A DNA stretch of 61,704 nucleotides, the filler included, from Callorhinchus milii (lineage: Eukaryota), in assembly GCF_018977255.1 (NCBI RefSeq). It is 2 parts of 2 records of this genome, joined end to end, with 100 filler letters (N's around TTAATTAATTAA, not from the genome) between each part and the next. Parts side by side here need not be neighbours in the genome. Positions count along the whole stretch, not along the records: positions 30,940 to 61,704 come from NW_024705626.1; 1 more part is not named here. One strand, 5' to 3'. This document shows positions 36,898 to 50,458 of the stretch, in pieces. The notes under the pieces were generated by a model. That model ran no database searches, had not been told where the DNA came from, and saw only the letters and a list, made by a program, of their open reading frames with translations. Each line of letters begins with the position of its first letter. Position 1 is the first letter of the stretch. The position numbers and the translations under genes were made by a program.

Positions 36898-37814
36898 TGT
36901 CCGGAGGAGTCGCACAACCGGAGCGCTGTGATGGAGAGCGGCGGCAGAGGGAGAGGAGAGGAGAGAAGAGGAATCCGTGCAGTTGCGGAGACCCTGAGGC
37001 AGTTCATCGTCAGGAACAAGACTGGATGCAGCTAGACCAGCGCAAGTCCCAGAGGGAGACGGACGGGGCAGACCGGGAGGCGGGGGGGAGCAGAGAGTCT
37101 GGGGGGAGAGGGAGCCGGGAGCAGAGAGACGTCGACGCGAGGCAGAGGTGGTCGGCGGATAGATACTTGTGGGAGTGGAGGTGGCCGCATCGAGGGTAGA
37201 GGGAGTGCGGTTGAACGGAGAATACGTAAACAGGGGACGAGAGGTCACGGAGAGGACGGGACGGGAAAGAGAGGGGCGTGGGGAGGGGCGGTGCGGGGGG
37301 GGCGGGCAGAGAGAGGAGAATTGGTGGTGGGGGGGGTCAGAGCGGGGGGCGGTGGAGAGGGCTCCGGGCGAGGGAAAGTTTGCAACGGCCAGCGAGGGAC
37401 GTTGGCCCAGTCGCCAGAGAAGATCAAGGGGCGACGGATGCAGGTGGGAGGCCCGGAGTGGTGAGGGAGGAGGAGGAGGGGTGAGGAGGGAGGGTGGTCG
37501 GCACGATGCTGCGTTACGATCCCGGCAACCTGGGTTCGATTCCATCTCGTGGCCAACAACACCGTCCAGTGACGATTATCTGAACCAGTCCTGGGCATCC
37601 CTAGGTCGACTCGTCCTCAAATGAGGACCTGGTGCGGTGTGTCGTGAACATCGCCATAGGGGAGACAAAGGCAGCCGGGCGTGGTGTTGGTCACCCTTCC
37701 CCTCATGTGCCGTGCTGGCCTTTATAGGTGCTTGCCAACAGCACTTACCTCAACAGTCTGTAAGCTATTCGGGGGTCTTGTGAGTGAGTGAGCGAGTGTG
37801 TGAGTGAGTTTGTG

Positions 37815-38125
37815 GGAGCGGTCGTGTCGAGTTTAGCGCTGCGATATGAATCCGGCGATCCGAGTTCGATTCCCGCTCGTGGCCAACACCGGTGGTGATT
37901 TATCTGAGCCAGTCCCGGCGCCTTCCCTAGGTCAACTCGGCCTCAAATAGGACTTGGTGCAGTGGTGTAAACGTCACGACTAGGTGAGACAAAGGCAGCC
38001 GGGCGTGGTGCTGGCCACCCATCCCCTCGCGTGCCACAGTGCGGCCTTCGTAGGTGCTCGCAAAAAGCACTCGCCCCCCAACAGTCTGTTAAGGCTACAA
38101 GGAAGTGGGGATCTTTTGTCTTTGT
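37815..38125 (+). mobile_element. tRNA-derived SINE family (~300 bp; copies at ~37490-37780, 40225-40470, 48775-48962, 57060-57385, 60560-60843)
   Basis: Head with a GTTCGATTCCC B box, conserved CCCTAGGTCGACTCAGCCTCAAATGAGTACCTGG core, and tail CTGTTAAGGCTA..GGGGATCTTT(GTCTTT). Confidence 0.8.
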
Positions 38126-39554
38126 TACCATGTTATTAAAATATCTTCACGTAGATTGTTTTCACTAGGAACCTGAACACACGTGATAGCTTAACGAAGT
38201 GCTTGTCATTATCACGTGAAACTTCACGGTAGCCAAAGAGTCTAAAAGCGTGACATTGATTTTGGAGAGATAAACCGGAGGACCCCTTGAAAAATCCACT
38301 TGAGCACGGGGACAGAGAGACGCAAACTCCAAATATACAGCAGGCGCAGGGTCGAGATAGAAACTACGACCTGTATACCAGACGACGTAGTTAACATCTC
38401 CTATCCTCCATGATGATGAGAGAGACTGACGCTCAAACTCCAAATATACAGCAGGCGTCAGGGTCGGGATCGAACCCACGAACTCCTGTATACCAGGCGG
38501 GGTAGTCGGCATCTCCTAGCCACTATGAACGTTGAGACTTATAAGGGCACGGTGACCAATAAGGTCTGAATCGGTCTGTGATAAGGTAGACACTGATAAG
38601 CGGTTGACAACTATGTGAATTGGCACGTTTTGTTTCCATGACATCCTCGGTGGTCTACCGATCTGGCAATTGCCAGCGAAGTTGAGTTCACATTTAATCG
38701 GCTTCATTCTTCTGAATTGCATTGTGTTTATTGTTAATAAAGATGGATACACGTGTGTGAATCTAAGGATCTCTAAATTTGTCTACTAGCGGGTAGTATC
38801 CGGCATTGCCCGGGGGAAAAATATATTTCATAACTTGTCTTAAAAACATAACATATACATACACAAGTGTAATAAAGGTCGTTGAGACAACTCCTGGAAT
38901 TCAGTATTTTTTATTAAGTTTCTTTCACAGCTTCTCACTATGTTCCTCTGCTCTATAGCTCCTTCACGCTGTTGGCAGACAACGTGAGAGAGAGGGAGAG
39001 AGAGAGAGAGACTGCCGCAGCCCGCCACGTGGCAGGCTCCGGACGTCCGCACCAGCCACGTGGCTTCCACCTTCGTTCCTCCAAGCTCTGACCACGTGCT
39101 GTCCGTCTCTCCCCCTTTCAATCAATGGCCCACATGATGCCTCGCAGCCAATCCTCAGCCACATCCCTGGAACCTTCCAGAGCCCACTCTTTGGCCCCAG
39201 GACCACGCCCCTAACTCGACTTCCCATTGGTTGTGGGCTGAGGCCAGCAGAGCCAATCATTATCATCTAGGTGTAACCCATTTATCATCCAGGTGTAACC
39301 TCACATTACACAAGTACTAAGCTATTGTGAAAGGCCGGCGTTCCATTTGACTATTTGCCCATCAACAAAATGTAAAGAGGCTTGAAGAAGTCCTGAATTA
39401 AAAAGGAATAGAAAGTGGCGGGTAGGTAAATAGTTGATCTAAAAGGTTTCCGAAAATTGTCGACCCCCCCCCCACCCCTTCAAAAATGTGTTTTACCCCT
39501 CCGTAGGCATATATACCTACACACCCTACATACAATAGAGTGAGAAGTATCTAG

Positions 39555-39785
39555 TGACTATAGTAGTATCCGGCTCTCCAATAGTATCTGTCTCTACAGA
39601 CTGTATATTAGTATCTATTGACCCTACAGTAGTATCTACTGACTCTATAGTAGTATCTACTGACTCTATAGTAGTAACTACTAACTCTATAGTAGCATCT
39701 GCTAACTCTATATTAGTATATAGTGACGCTGCAGTAGTTTCTACTGACTGCCGTAGTATCTACGGACTCTATAATAGTGTAGTGG
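39555..39785. repeat. 21-bp degenerate tandem repeat (CTGACTCTATAGTAGTATCTA)
   Basis: Visible tandem units. Confidence 0.8.
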
Positions 39786-40599
39786 GTTCCAGCTGAGTCG
39801 CAGACGTTCCTTTTAGAGGCAACACATGTATTTGTAACACGTAACACAAAGGGGTAACTGCCCCTTCACCAGATACAGCTGAGGGTGTTGACCACCTAGC
39901 GAACTACACTATACAGAGGAGTTACAGCTACCCTCTCACTCGGGTCTGCGACCACGTGTTGATGCCTCGTAGGACGTAGACCTTCCAGCTTGAGACGTAG
40001 AGATTCCAGCTTGTAGAATGCAGCGACCACGGTCCCTCCCAGGAACCCACCTTATATCCCCCACGGGTCGGGGCTTGGTTCTTAATCGGAGTGAGTGTAC
40101 TGGCAGTTTACAATGTAGACTGTAGCCTGGTTATTAAATTTGGTGAGTGTACTGGCAGTCTATAATGTAGACTGTAGCATCGCAGCTCGTGGCGATGCGT
40201 GTGTATACGAGTGTGCGAAGTGTAGCGGGTAGCGCTACGAACCTGGCGATCCGGGTTCGATTCGCGCTCGCCGGCAAACACCGGTGACGATAATCTGAAC
40301 CGGTCCTGGGCCTCCCCTAGGTCGACTCAGGCTCAAATGAGTACCTGGTGCAGTGTGTAGTGAACATCGTCACTAGGGAGGCGGCCGGGCGTGGAGTTGG
40401 CCACCCACCCCCTCGTGTGCTGTGCCGGCCTTTATAGGTGCTCGCTAACAGCATTTGCCCCCTACAGCCTTCATGCTGCACCGTGTGGCAGCGTCTCCCG
40501 GGGCAGCATCCCTGTCAGCTCCTGCGTGTGCACGCGTGTGTGTGAATGTGTGAATGTGTGTGAGTACGTGAAAGTGTGTGTGAGTGTGTGTGTGTCCTG

Positions 40600-42582
40600 G
40601 ATGAATGGGTGGTGGTCGCGGGTTGCTGAGGAGATAGAGTCTGCCTCAGTGGCCCGCGATCACAAATCACTACTTAACTCCATCAAAAAAGTAACCTGCA
40701 GTGCCACACCTATTACCATCATTAGGTGAGAAAACGGTGATCCAATTTCCGACCCTCAGGAACAGGTTTGCAGATTTGCTGAGCATTTCTGTGAGGTCCT
40801 GGGAAGGGAAATCCCTCAGCCAGGAAAACATCATGGCACAAAGTGGGGATAACCCTGCTGAGGCTGCCGTGCCTCAAATATTGGAAGAGGTCACCCCCTG
40901 TGAGTGGCTGGCTGAGGTGCCGTCTGTTGAGGAAGTACTGAAGGCGATCCGGAGTCTGAGACCAGGAAAGGCACCGGGCAGAGATGATCTCCCAAGCGAA
41001 ATGCTGAGGGAGGGTGGCGTTGTGCACAGACTGCCCTATATGACATCATAACAACAGTCTGGACCACTGGACGGGTTCTGCAAGATTGGAAGGATGCCCT
41101 GGTGGTCCCCCTCTTTAAGAAGGGGGACCGCACAGACTGTAACAACTACAGGGGCATCTCACTCCTCAGTGTGCCGGGAAAGGTCCTGGCAAGGATTATT
41201 CAACATCGCCTTGCTAGGCACGCTGAGGAGAGGCTTGCGGAGCCCCAATGCGGTTTCAGGAAAGGGCGGTCCTGCACAGATGGCATTTTTTCTGTCCGTC
41301 TGCTACAGCAAAGGTGTAGGGAATTCCAAAAAGACCTACATCTCTGCTTTATTGACCTGGTCAAGGCCTATGATACCATCAGTAGGACTGGGCTCTGGGT
41401 TGTTCTTCGTGCTTTCGGAGTCCCTGACCCTCTGCTCACGATCATTAAGGACCTTCATGATGGTGAGCGGGCCCGGGTAAAACTACGTGGCCGGGAGTCG
41501 GAGCCTTTCCCTGTACACCTTGGGGTGCGACAGGGATGTCCTCTGGCTCCCACATTATTTAACATCTATTTTGACCGCGTAGTTCGTGAAGCCTTCAATA
41601 GCTGTACCGGGGGAATTTCCATTTGGTACAGATATAATGGGAGGCTGATCGATGCCCGGGTGCGATCAAGGGATGGCTCCCTATTGGTCAACCACGTTAT
41701 GTATGCCGATGATTTGGTAATAGCTGCTCATTCAGAAGAGGAGTTGGAGACGCTGCTGCTGAGACTGGAGCGTGCCACTAAGAGGTGGGGCCTTACCATC
41801 AGCCCCACCAAAACTAAGCACCTGCCTGGGTATTTTGTACCATCGGACACTCCACCCCCACAACTCCCAATTGGTGATGGGGCAGTTGTGGAGAGAGTGG
41901 AGAGTTTCCCATACCTGGGCAGTGTGCTTATGACCGGCTCCAGTTTATCAGCAGAGGTCTCACTCCGAATCAGTCGAGCGGCAATATCTTTTCATCGGTT
42001 GCGTAACGCTGTGTGGAAGCTACCTGGTCTGTCGCTCCGCACGAAGCTTCAGGTCTTCTCGGCCACAGTCATTCCCTCCCTTCTCTACGCTTGCGAAAGT
42101 TGGACCCCCCTAATGGAGCATCTTCGCCGGTTGGAAACATTTAGGCTGGCCTGCCTACGATCCATCCTGGGTTTAACCAGGCTGGATTGTGTGAGGAACT
42201 CACAAATCCTTGAAAGATCTGGGCAAAGTCCCATCGGTGAGCTCCTCCGGCAGGCAAGGCTGCGTTGGCTGGGTCATGTAGCCCGCATGCCCAGCCACAT
42301 GCCTAAACAACAACGGAGCGGCGGAGGAGCGGACCGCTCACAACAACGAGCGGAGCGGCCGGGTGGCTAAAGCACAGCAAGTTGGCACAGTAGGGGGCAC
42401 AGGTGGTGCATCAGCCAGTCATCTCAGTCATCTTGGTCAGTCGACCCATGGCACCTGGGTCTGCCCCGTGACCTCCTGCCAGCGGGCATTCGACACTTCA
42501 CGTGGCCTCAAGGTGCACATGGCCTGGCACAAGCGTCGTGGTGAAGTCACCGCCACTTAGTGGCGAATGGCGATTGTTGTTG
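40600..42582 (+). mobile_element. RTE-clade LINE, 5'-truncated: RT domain (open frame 41102-42370), C-terminal C2H2-like motif, (GTT)n tail
   Basis: NYRGISLLSVPGKVLARII, QCGFRKGRSC, FIDLVKAYD, GVRQGCPLAPTLFN, YADD, RLRWLGHVARM; CPVTSC...HMAWH. Confidence 0.9.
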
Positions 42583-43412
42583 TCCGGCAAAACAACCCCC
42601 TACCTCGTTCGTGCCGGACAGCAACGCTGTGATGGGCAGTGCCGTGGGGGGAGGGCCAACTTAAATTCGCCATTCCCCTCATGGCGTTTGTAAACACCGC
42701 AGCGGCCAAATGGGGGCTCTGGTCAGGTGTGAGGGGCTGGTAATCTCTCCACCTTCAATTCATGACCACAAAGCGACCTGCAAAATATCTAATTCAGCTT
42801 GTCCCGGAGGAGCCGTGGGGACAGGCACTTATGACGTCTACTGGCCAAACCCCATTTGGCGGAGCCAGGAGACTGAATCCTTACCCTCGGGGCTCCTCCA
42901 GAAACAATAAAAAACCACTGCGGGTGGCCACGTGGAATGTTCGAACGCTCACTGCGGAGGAGAGTATGCCACCCCTCTGTCGGGAGCTGGACCAGTACCG
43001 CCTGGATCTCTGTGGTATTCAGGAGGTCCGGTGGACCGGCTCAGGCTCCTGCCACCATGAGGGGTGGACAGTCCTCTTCTCGGGGCATGAGACTGCCAAA
43101 CAACAGGGTCTGGCTCTTCTGAACAAAACAAGGGGTTGCGGGAGCGTGGTGGTGAGGTGTGGGAAGCTGTAAGCCCCAGGCTACTGTGGGCTCGCCTTCC
43201 CATCAACCAGAGGCGAGGAGTGGTGGTCGTGGTTACTTATGCCCCCACTGAAGACGAACATCCGTGGAGGGATGCAGGCAAGGCCGATGAGTCAGATGCC
43301 TTCTATGACCTGTCACAGGTGTTAGCTAAAGTGGCCCCTCGGGATAGAGTCATCTGTTGGGCAACTTCAATGCCCGAGTTGGTCATGATACTGGCACTTG
43401 GCCTGCAGTGAT
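42583..43412 (+). mobile_element. 5' part of an RTE LINE (UTR plus AP-endonuclease N-terminus, frameshifted)
   Basis: LRVATWNVRTL, DLCGIQEVRWTGSG, YAPT, G(N)FNARVG endonuclease motifs. Confidence 0.8.
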
Positions 43413-43414
43413 TG

Positions 43415-44236
43415 CACCATAAACTCAACACTGCCCATACACTCAACACTGCACTATAGACTCAACACTGCCCATAGACTCAACACTGCCCATAGACTCA
43501 ACACTGCCCATAGACTCAACACTGCACCATAGACTCAACACTGCCATAGACTCAACACTGCCCATAGACTCAATACTGCCCATAGACTCAACACTGCCCA
43601 TAGACTCAGCACTGCCCATAGACTCAACACTGCCCATAGACTCAACACTGCCCATAGACTCAACACTGCCCATAGACTCAACACTGCACCATAGACTCAA
43701 CACTGTCCATAGACTCAACACGTGCCCATAGACTCAACACTGTTACCCATAGACTCAACACTGCTACCCATAGACTCAACACTGCACCATAGACTCAACA
43801 CTGTTACCCATAGACTCTACACTGCCCATAGACTCAGCACTGCACCATAGACTCAACACGTGCCCATAGACTCAACACGTGCCCATAGACTCAACACTGC
43901 ACCATAGACTCAACACTGCCCATAGACTCAACACGTGCCCACAGACTCAGCACTGCACCATAGACTCAACACTGTCCATAGACTCAATACGTGTCCATAG
44001 ACTCAACACTGCACCATAGACTCAACACTGTCCATAGACTCAATACGTGTCCATAGACTCAACACTGCCCATAGACTCAACACGTGCCCACAGACTCAGC
44101 ACTGCACCATAGACTCAACACTACCCATAGACTCAACATTACACATAGACTCAACACTGCCCATAGACTCAACACGTGCCCACAGACTCAGCACTGCACC
44201 ATAGACTCAACACTGCACCATAGACTCAACACTGCC
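43415..44236. repeat. 18-21-bp satellite (CCATAGACTCAACACTGC)n
   Basis: About 40 visible tandem units. Confidence 0.95.
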
Positions 44237-45307
44237 CCCCCTGCACCCCCCGCACCCCCCTGTACCCCTCCTCCTCACCCAGCAGTAGATAGAGTCTACC
44301 CTACGCGATGTTGACTCTAGACGTGGGTATTGCGCAACGCATTCCATGATTGTGAAACTTAAATCCGCACAGCTCAGCGGGAACCATCGACTATTCGCCA
44401 GAGTCGAGCCAGCCCTTGGCAAGGGGCGTGTTGAGTCAACAGGCTGAGTCTACACGGAGCCCTGGACACAGACGCTGCTGCAGTCAAGCTGCTGGGTGCT
44501 GGCTGGGTTCTTGCTGGGCAACTGCTGCTCCACCATTGCTGTGGTGCTGGGACTGACACCTCACCAGGCAAGCCTCTCATCACCACCACCTCCACCTCAT
44601 CCTCCTGCTGTGTGGGTGAGTGAGCGAGCGAGTGGGGGGTGAGTGTGTGCGTGTAGGCCTCGGCAAGGTGGAGGTTAAAGGGAAAAGCAGCGATTCTAGA
44701 TTTGAAGTTTTCGTGACTGCAAGGGTTCATACTCTTAGCGGGTTGTTTTCGGTAAATCGCGTCGGTAAAAAAATAAAAAAATTATAATAAAATAAAAATA
44801 CATCGACTTATTTTCACGTATTATTATTTTATTTTTCTTATTTAACCTACGTGACTTTACCGAAAAAAACTTAAGAGTAAGAAAAACAATGAGCCTACTT
44901 TTACCCTTACCCCATACAAATAATCCGATTACAGGGTAATTACTGGGGTACTACTACACATGCACAAGGTTATAGCGGTACATGCTGTAGGTAGAGCGCT
45001 TTGTTCATATAGATACTCTCGATGATTCCAATTTTACACGTTGTTGTTGTTGTCGTTGTTGTATCCTCAAATCTTGAAAGTCAATTTTAACCCACTTCCC
45101 AATGTGGCATCGACTGCAAACTTGGTATACTTACGTCATACTGATGACAACACTATATTCTATCATTAAAAAAAAAAAAATATATTTTAAAACATTCTTT
45201 TGAAATGTTATGTTTCGGCTTGGGTCGAATTGTCCACGCTCAACTAACGTTGGCTGTAATTGGCCACGGTGAATGCATTTATGATACGTAGCTTGAGCGA
45301 TTTTATT

Positions 45308-45615
45308 TACTACTACACACTAATATACACTACACTATACACTACACTACTATACACTACACTATTACTATACACTACACTACACTATTACTATACACTA
45401 CACTATACACTACACTATACACTACACTATACGTAGCTTGAGCGATTTATTACTACTACACACTAATATACACTACACACTAACTACACACTACACTATT
45501 ACTATACACTACGCTATACACTACACTAACACTACACTAACTACACTACACTATTACTATACACTACCTAACTACCTATACACTACCTATACACTACACT
45601 ATACACTACACTATG
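45308..45615. repeat. (ACTAC/ACTAT)n microsatellite
   Basis: Visible tandem. Confidence 0.9.
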
Positions 45616-46978
45616 ATACGTAGCTTTAGCGATTTCATTTCAATGTTACCACGATACGATACGTTCAATGCATGCTAAAAGTTTATTTTTCTAGCAGATA
45701 GGATTGTTTCCTGAACAAACTTCATATTAATTTGCAGTTCATATAGGTAGGCTAAGAATTTACCTTGGTTTTTTTACTTTAAATGTACTGTGCAATACAG
45801 TCTTGTAATTAATAAAACACACAGGATATAGTCTATACAGTACGCTACTGTAACTTGCTCTGTTTTGCTAGATTACCACCACCCTGTAAGACTCCTGGCT
45901 AGGCTAGAGGCCATCTTCGACTTACGATATTTTCGACTTACGATGATAGGGTCGTCGTGACACATCTCCATCGTAAATAGAAGTGACATTCAGATCGACA
46001 TCACATGCCACCCTCCATCTGCACTGCTCCTTCTGCTGCTGCTGAGTTCAACAACTCGGCAGAATCAGCGTCACCGCCACGCAAAGTAGAGGAAAGGTAA
46101 AACCATCATTGACATGTTTTATAAATACATATTCAACTTAACTAATTCGTTATCTATATACAGATAACATGAAAACACGATATTGTTTATCGATATACAG
46201 ATACAGCTAAACTACGTGTTATCCATATACAGATAAAACTAAACTAGATTTAATCGGTATACAGATAATTGATATACTCTTAGGTTTTTTTCGGTAAAAC
46301 TACGTAGGTAAGAAAAGTTATAAAATTATAATAAACGAAAAATAACTCAATTGTGATGTAATTTAGTTATTTTTCATTTATTATTATATTTTTCTTATTT
46401 TTTTCCTACGTGACTTTACCGAAAAAACCTAAGAGTATGAATCCTTGCAGTTACGAAAGCTTCAAATCTAAAAGAAAATTCGATATATTTTTAAATCCTT
46501 TATATTAAGTTCACTTGCTTGCTTGCGCGCTTACGACCGTGCAAATCTTTCGGTCGTTTTTTAACCCACTTCCCGTGATCCAATCGAGCTGACATTTTGC
46601 ACACAGACTCGTTGTGCGTGACAATTTATTTTCGTGAAACATTTTTTCCAAAATTTTCCACTTTTTAGGAAAAAAATTTTCACTAACACAATCGTATATT
46701 TTTCCTAAACACAGAAAATTATTCAAGAAAACAACAAAAAATGTACAATATAAACAATCATACAAAAACTGAAAACCTTATAATCCTTATATACGACTTT
46801 CCTTATATTTAATTTAAAATACCAATGTGATAAAAATGAAACTCTTACTCAAGAAAAACGAAATGAATAATAAAATAAAACCGATGCCACGCATATAAAG
46901 GATTTATAGTGAAAAACTTTGTTTTACGGGTTAATTTTTACCTTTTAACTTTTACCTTACCTTGCCGGGGCCTACGTG

Positions 46979-47620
46979 CAGTGAAACCCTGGATTGTGAT
47001 TAACTTGGTCTCGAGTGTTTTGCAAGATAAGCAATTAAAACAAATATATTGATCAACCAGCGAGGTCTTGCAATAGGAGAATTTCATTGTTAAAGTCGCA
47101 CAAACAGATCCCAGTGAGCTCAGCGATGGCAGTGGTTCCGTTAGTGACAGTGAAAGTAGTCCTACACAATCACCATCCTCTCCTCCACTCATCTCCTCTC
47201 TCTCATCTCCACGATTACATTTAATGGATACATTTGATTACTTTATATTACATTTAAATACAAATTTTAAAAAAGGTACAGTATTTTGTAATGTCATCAT
47301 GGGACCTCCTTTGCCCGTACCAAAATATACTAATAGGTTTTTTTCCCCTTTTTTTTCTGGCAACAAAACTGACACCTTTTGCAAGGTTAATGTAAGCATG
47401 ATTCCTTGCAAAAGGTGTCAGTTTTGTTGCCAAAAAAAGGGGAAAAAACCTATCAGTATTTTGTAACGAATAATTTTTGTATGAATTTTTTTTGGGTTGT
47501 GAAACGAATCGTCTTGAGTTTCCATTTTGTCTTATGGGGAAGTTCGCTTTGATATACGAGTGCTTTGGATTACGAGCACGTTTCAGGAACGAATTATGCT
47601 CGCAATCCAAGGTTTCACTG
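46979..47620. mobile_element. Tigger/pogo-like MITE with a nested palindromic repeat (~47292-47460; relatives at ~53775-54400, 55537-55800, 57250-57335)
   Basis: TIRs CAGTGAAACC(C/T)TGGATTG at both ends; TA on the right flank. Confidence 0.7.
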
Positions 47621-47942
47621 TACTAGTAATCCCTCGCCACTTCGCGGTTCAAGTTTCGCGGCCTCAGTGCATCGCGGATTTTTCAAACTGATTTAAAGGC
47701 CTCATTATACCTGTGCAGTAACACCATCATCATCATCATTCATCATCACATTCATCGAACTGCACAGGTCTGTCATCGTCGTCATTGTCATCGTCATTGT
47801 CGTCGTCGTCGTCATTACTGGAGTCAAGTCTCAAGATACTACTGTCATTGGTGAGTGTAGAACACCATAATACGTATCGTATGAGAGAGAGAGAGTGAAT
47901 GTATAATATTAAGGTTTTATAATTAAATAGATTTAAGTAAAA

Positions 47943-49001
47943 TCTATATATATATAAAATCGCGAATCTGTCTGTCTGTCTGTGTGTGTGTGTCGCCGGA
48001 CCATACGCAGTTTCATTGGACGGCGGTTGCCCCTGGCAACGGGTAGCGACGCCATCGCCGCTTTCATTGGACAGCGGTTGCCCCTGGCAACGGGTAGCGA
48101 CGCCTTCGCCGCGGGCTGCAGTTTCATTGGACGGCGGTTGCCCCTGGCAACGGGTAGCCACGCCTTCGCCGCTTTCATTGGACGGCGGTTGCCCCTGCCA
48201 ACGGGTAGCGACGCCTTCGGCGCGGGGTGGACGCCATTTTTAATTCCCCTTTAAAATAGGCGCACGCATTAACACGCGACTCTGACGTAAATTCATCAAA
48301 GTTTCACGTCCTCTTCACTCCCCCCCCACCACAATGTGTGCAATTACTATTATAGGGTCGGTACATTATAAAATTATAGCGATTAGACTGTATTATTGTA
48401 GCGCGGGGGGGGGGGGGGAACGGCACCCGTACCCAGCTCAGCCGGGTGCCAAAATCAGGCGAGGCCGGAGGCTCTGCACGGTGCTAGGCCTCGACACCCA
48501 CCACGCGACTCTGAGGTAAATTCATCAAAGTTACACGTCCTCTTCACTCCCCGCCACCACAATGTGTGCAATTCTATTATAGGCTCGGTAAATCATAAAA
48601 TTATAGCGATTACACAGCATTATTGTATCGCGGGGGATCGGCGCGCCTCACTAAAACCCTACAACGGATCGGCGCGCCTCACTAAAACCCTACAACGGAT
48701 CGGCGCGCCTCACTAAAACCCTACAGCGGATCGGCGCGCCTCACACAAATCCTACAACGGAAGCGTAACGCATTGTAGTGTCGTGGTTAGCGCGCCACGC
48801 TACGAACCCGGCGACCCGAGTTCCATTCCCACTCACGGCCACCACCGGTGACGATTATTTGAACCGGACCTGGGCCTCCCCTAGGTCGACTCAGCCTCAA
48901 ACGAGTAACTGGTGTGGTGTGTGAACATCGTCACTGGGGAGACAAAGGCGGCCGGGCGTGGTGAATCCAAGTTCCCGGGCGAAGCCGGGTAGTACAGCTA
49001 G
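47943..49001 (+). mobile_element. Non-autonomous Helitron carrying internal tandem repeats and a SINE
   Basis: A|TC 5' end; 3' hairpin CCCGG-GCGAAG-CCGGG then CTAG|T; four ~54-61-bp and four ~31-bp internal repeats. Confidence 0.75.
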
Positions 49002-50274
49002 TTGTATATAAAGCAATTGAGAGGAACAAGCTGTTGTACGTATGCCTCGGCGTGGCATCACACAAGGCGGGATGCTGCTGAATGCTTCTAGATGCTACCT
49101 ACACGCCTCAGTGTTAGTTGAGCTTGCGTATGCATCTCACGTGTTATTGCGGGCTGTGCTTTACCCTATATTATATAGTATTTATTACAACGCAATTTTT
49201 CCACAACCCAGTGTTCTTCACGAACGCAACTACCGTGTTATAGGAGAACGATTTCCTCCACAGGTGTGCCAACAGCACCGTACCACAAGCATTCTTTATT
49301 CATTCACATGCCTCACTTGCCTGCACTGTCTGCTTGTCACAAAACCTTTGCAATGTTTCACTGCACGTGGCATAACAATCCAGGAGTGACTGTGAAAGCC
49401 TCGGTTTTGGCTCTAGTAGATGCCAAGTTGGCACATTTCTATGCGGTTGGACTGCTGCTTAGCGACAAAGCAGCAATCGAGCATTCTAACATGAAAATAA
49501 TTACGAAATAGTCGTGTGCTGTCAAGTCAATGCCTTATTCCCTGTTGAGCCCGGCGAGATGTATTATACAGTAGTACTAATTCTGCGAGATGTCTGGGCA
49601 ACTGTCTGTGAAAAGGAAGTAAATTCAGTGGACCTTAACATGGTTTTTGGTGCTTTTGTTTAATCCTGAGCCAGGGGAGAGAACTATGGCAGAGACCAGT
49701 CTCTGTAGAATGGCCACTGTTTATTTCACTCAAAAATGGTACAAATTTTATTGACCCCCTTAGGGATGATGACTGCGATTGGTCAACGTCTAACTCAAAT
49801 CAAATTAAAATAATACTCGGTTGGGTATTGGATTGTCGAGGATAACAGCACAGGATATGAATCTCGCTGGGCGGCGCAGTGTTTATAGAGCACTCAACTC
49901 ACAATCAGAAGTTGCGAGTTCAAATTCACTTGGGAGTTGCAGTTTCACCGAGTTGGAGTTGGACTTGAGAAACATTTTCTGTTGCATTCATAATGACTAC
50001 CACTTTTAAGCCGATACAGATTGTCTTATCGGGAGACTGGCCCCTGCCAATGAAATGTTACAATAAGAATAAAGTGTTCATGAAAGTGGATGGACTGGTC
50101 CCCACCAGGGGAGTGTAGATGTTCTATCACAGGCTCATGACTCTCGACGAAGATGACTACCATTCAATGCTTGTCGACAGCTTTTTCCCTTTTGTTACAA
50201 TTCCTGAAAAAATGTGCCAATGTCTCCACGGCCAATTCTTGTGACCGATTCTCGCCTTGACTTTGCGTGCGCAG

Positions 50275-50458
50275 CATGCCGCGAGCCATGGACGTGACGA
50301 GCCGATCGAGCGGCGGCGGGGACCCCAACGCCCTGCCCGAGGGCGTGCTGCCTACACCGGCGCGCATGGTCTACGTGTCCGAGAAGCATCCACGCATCAC
50401 CCTGGAGGCCATCAGCGTGCTCCGGCGACACCGCAAGTTCTGCGATGTCGTGCTGGTG
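50275..50458 (+). CDS. KLHL20: KLHL20 coding exon (N-terminus and BTB start)
   Basis: MDVTSR...[26 protein letters not shown]...CDVVLV matches KLHL20/diablo as remembered; AG acceptor at 50273-50274, GT donor at 50459. Confidence 0.88.

Noticed and set aside
35860..37545. 561-aa Pro/His-rich ORF
   Set aside because: A trinucleotide minisatellite joined to GC-rich, probably decayed LINE sequence; no recognisable domain.
37815..37885. tRNA-like sequence with GTTCGATTCCC
   Set aside because: It is the head of a multi-copy SINE with divergent copies and no clean cloverleaf.
43415..44236. Regular short repeats considered as a CRISPR array
   Set aside because: Units are contiguous with no unique spacers, there are no cas genes, and the context is vertebrate.
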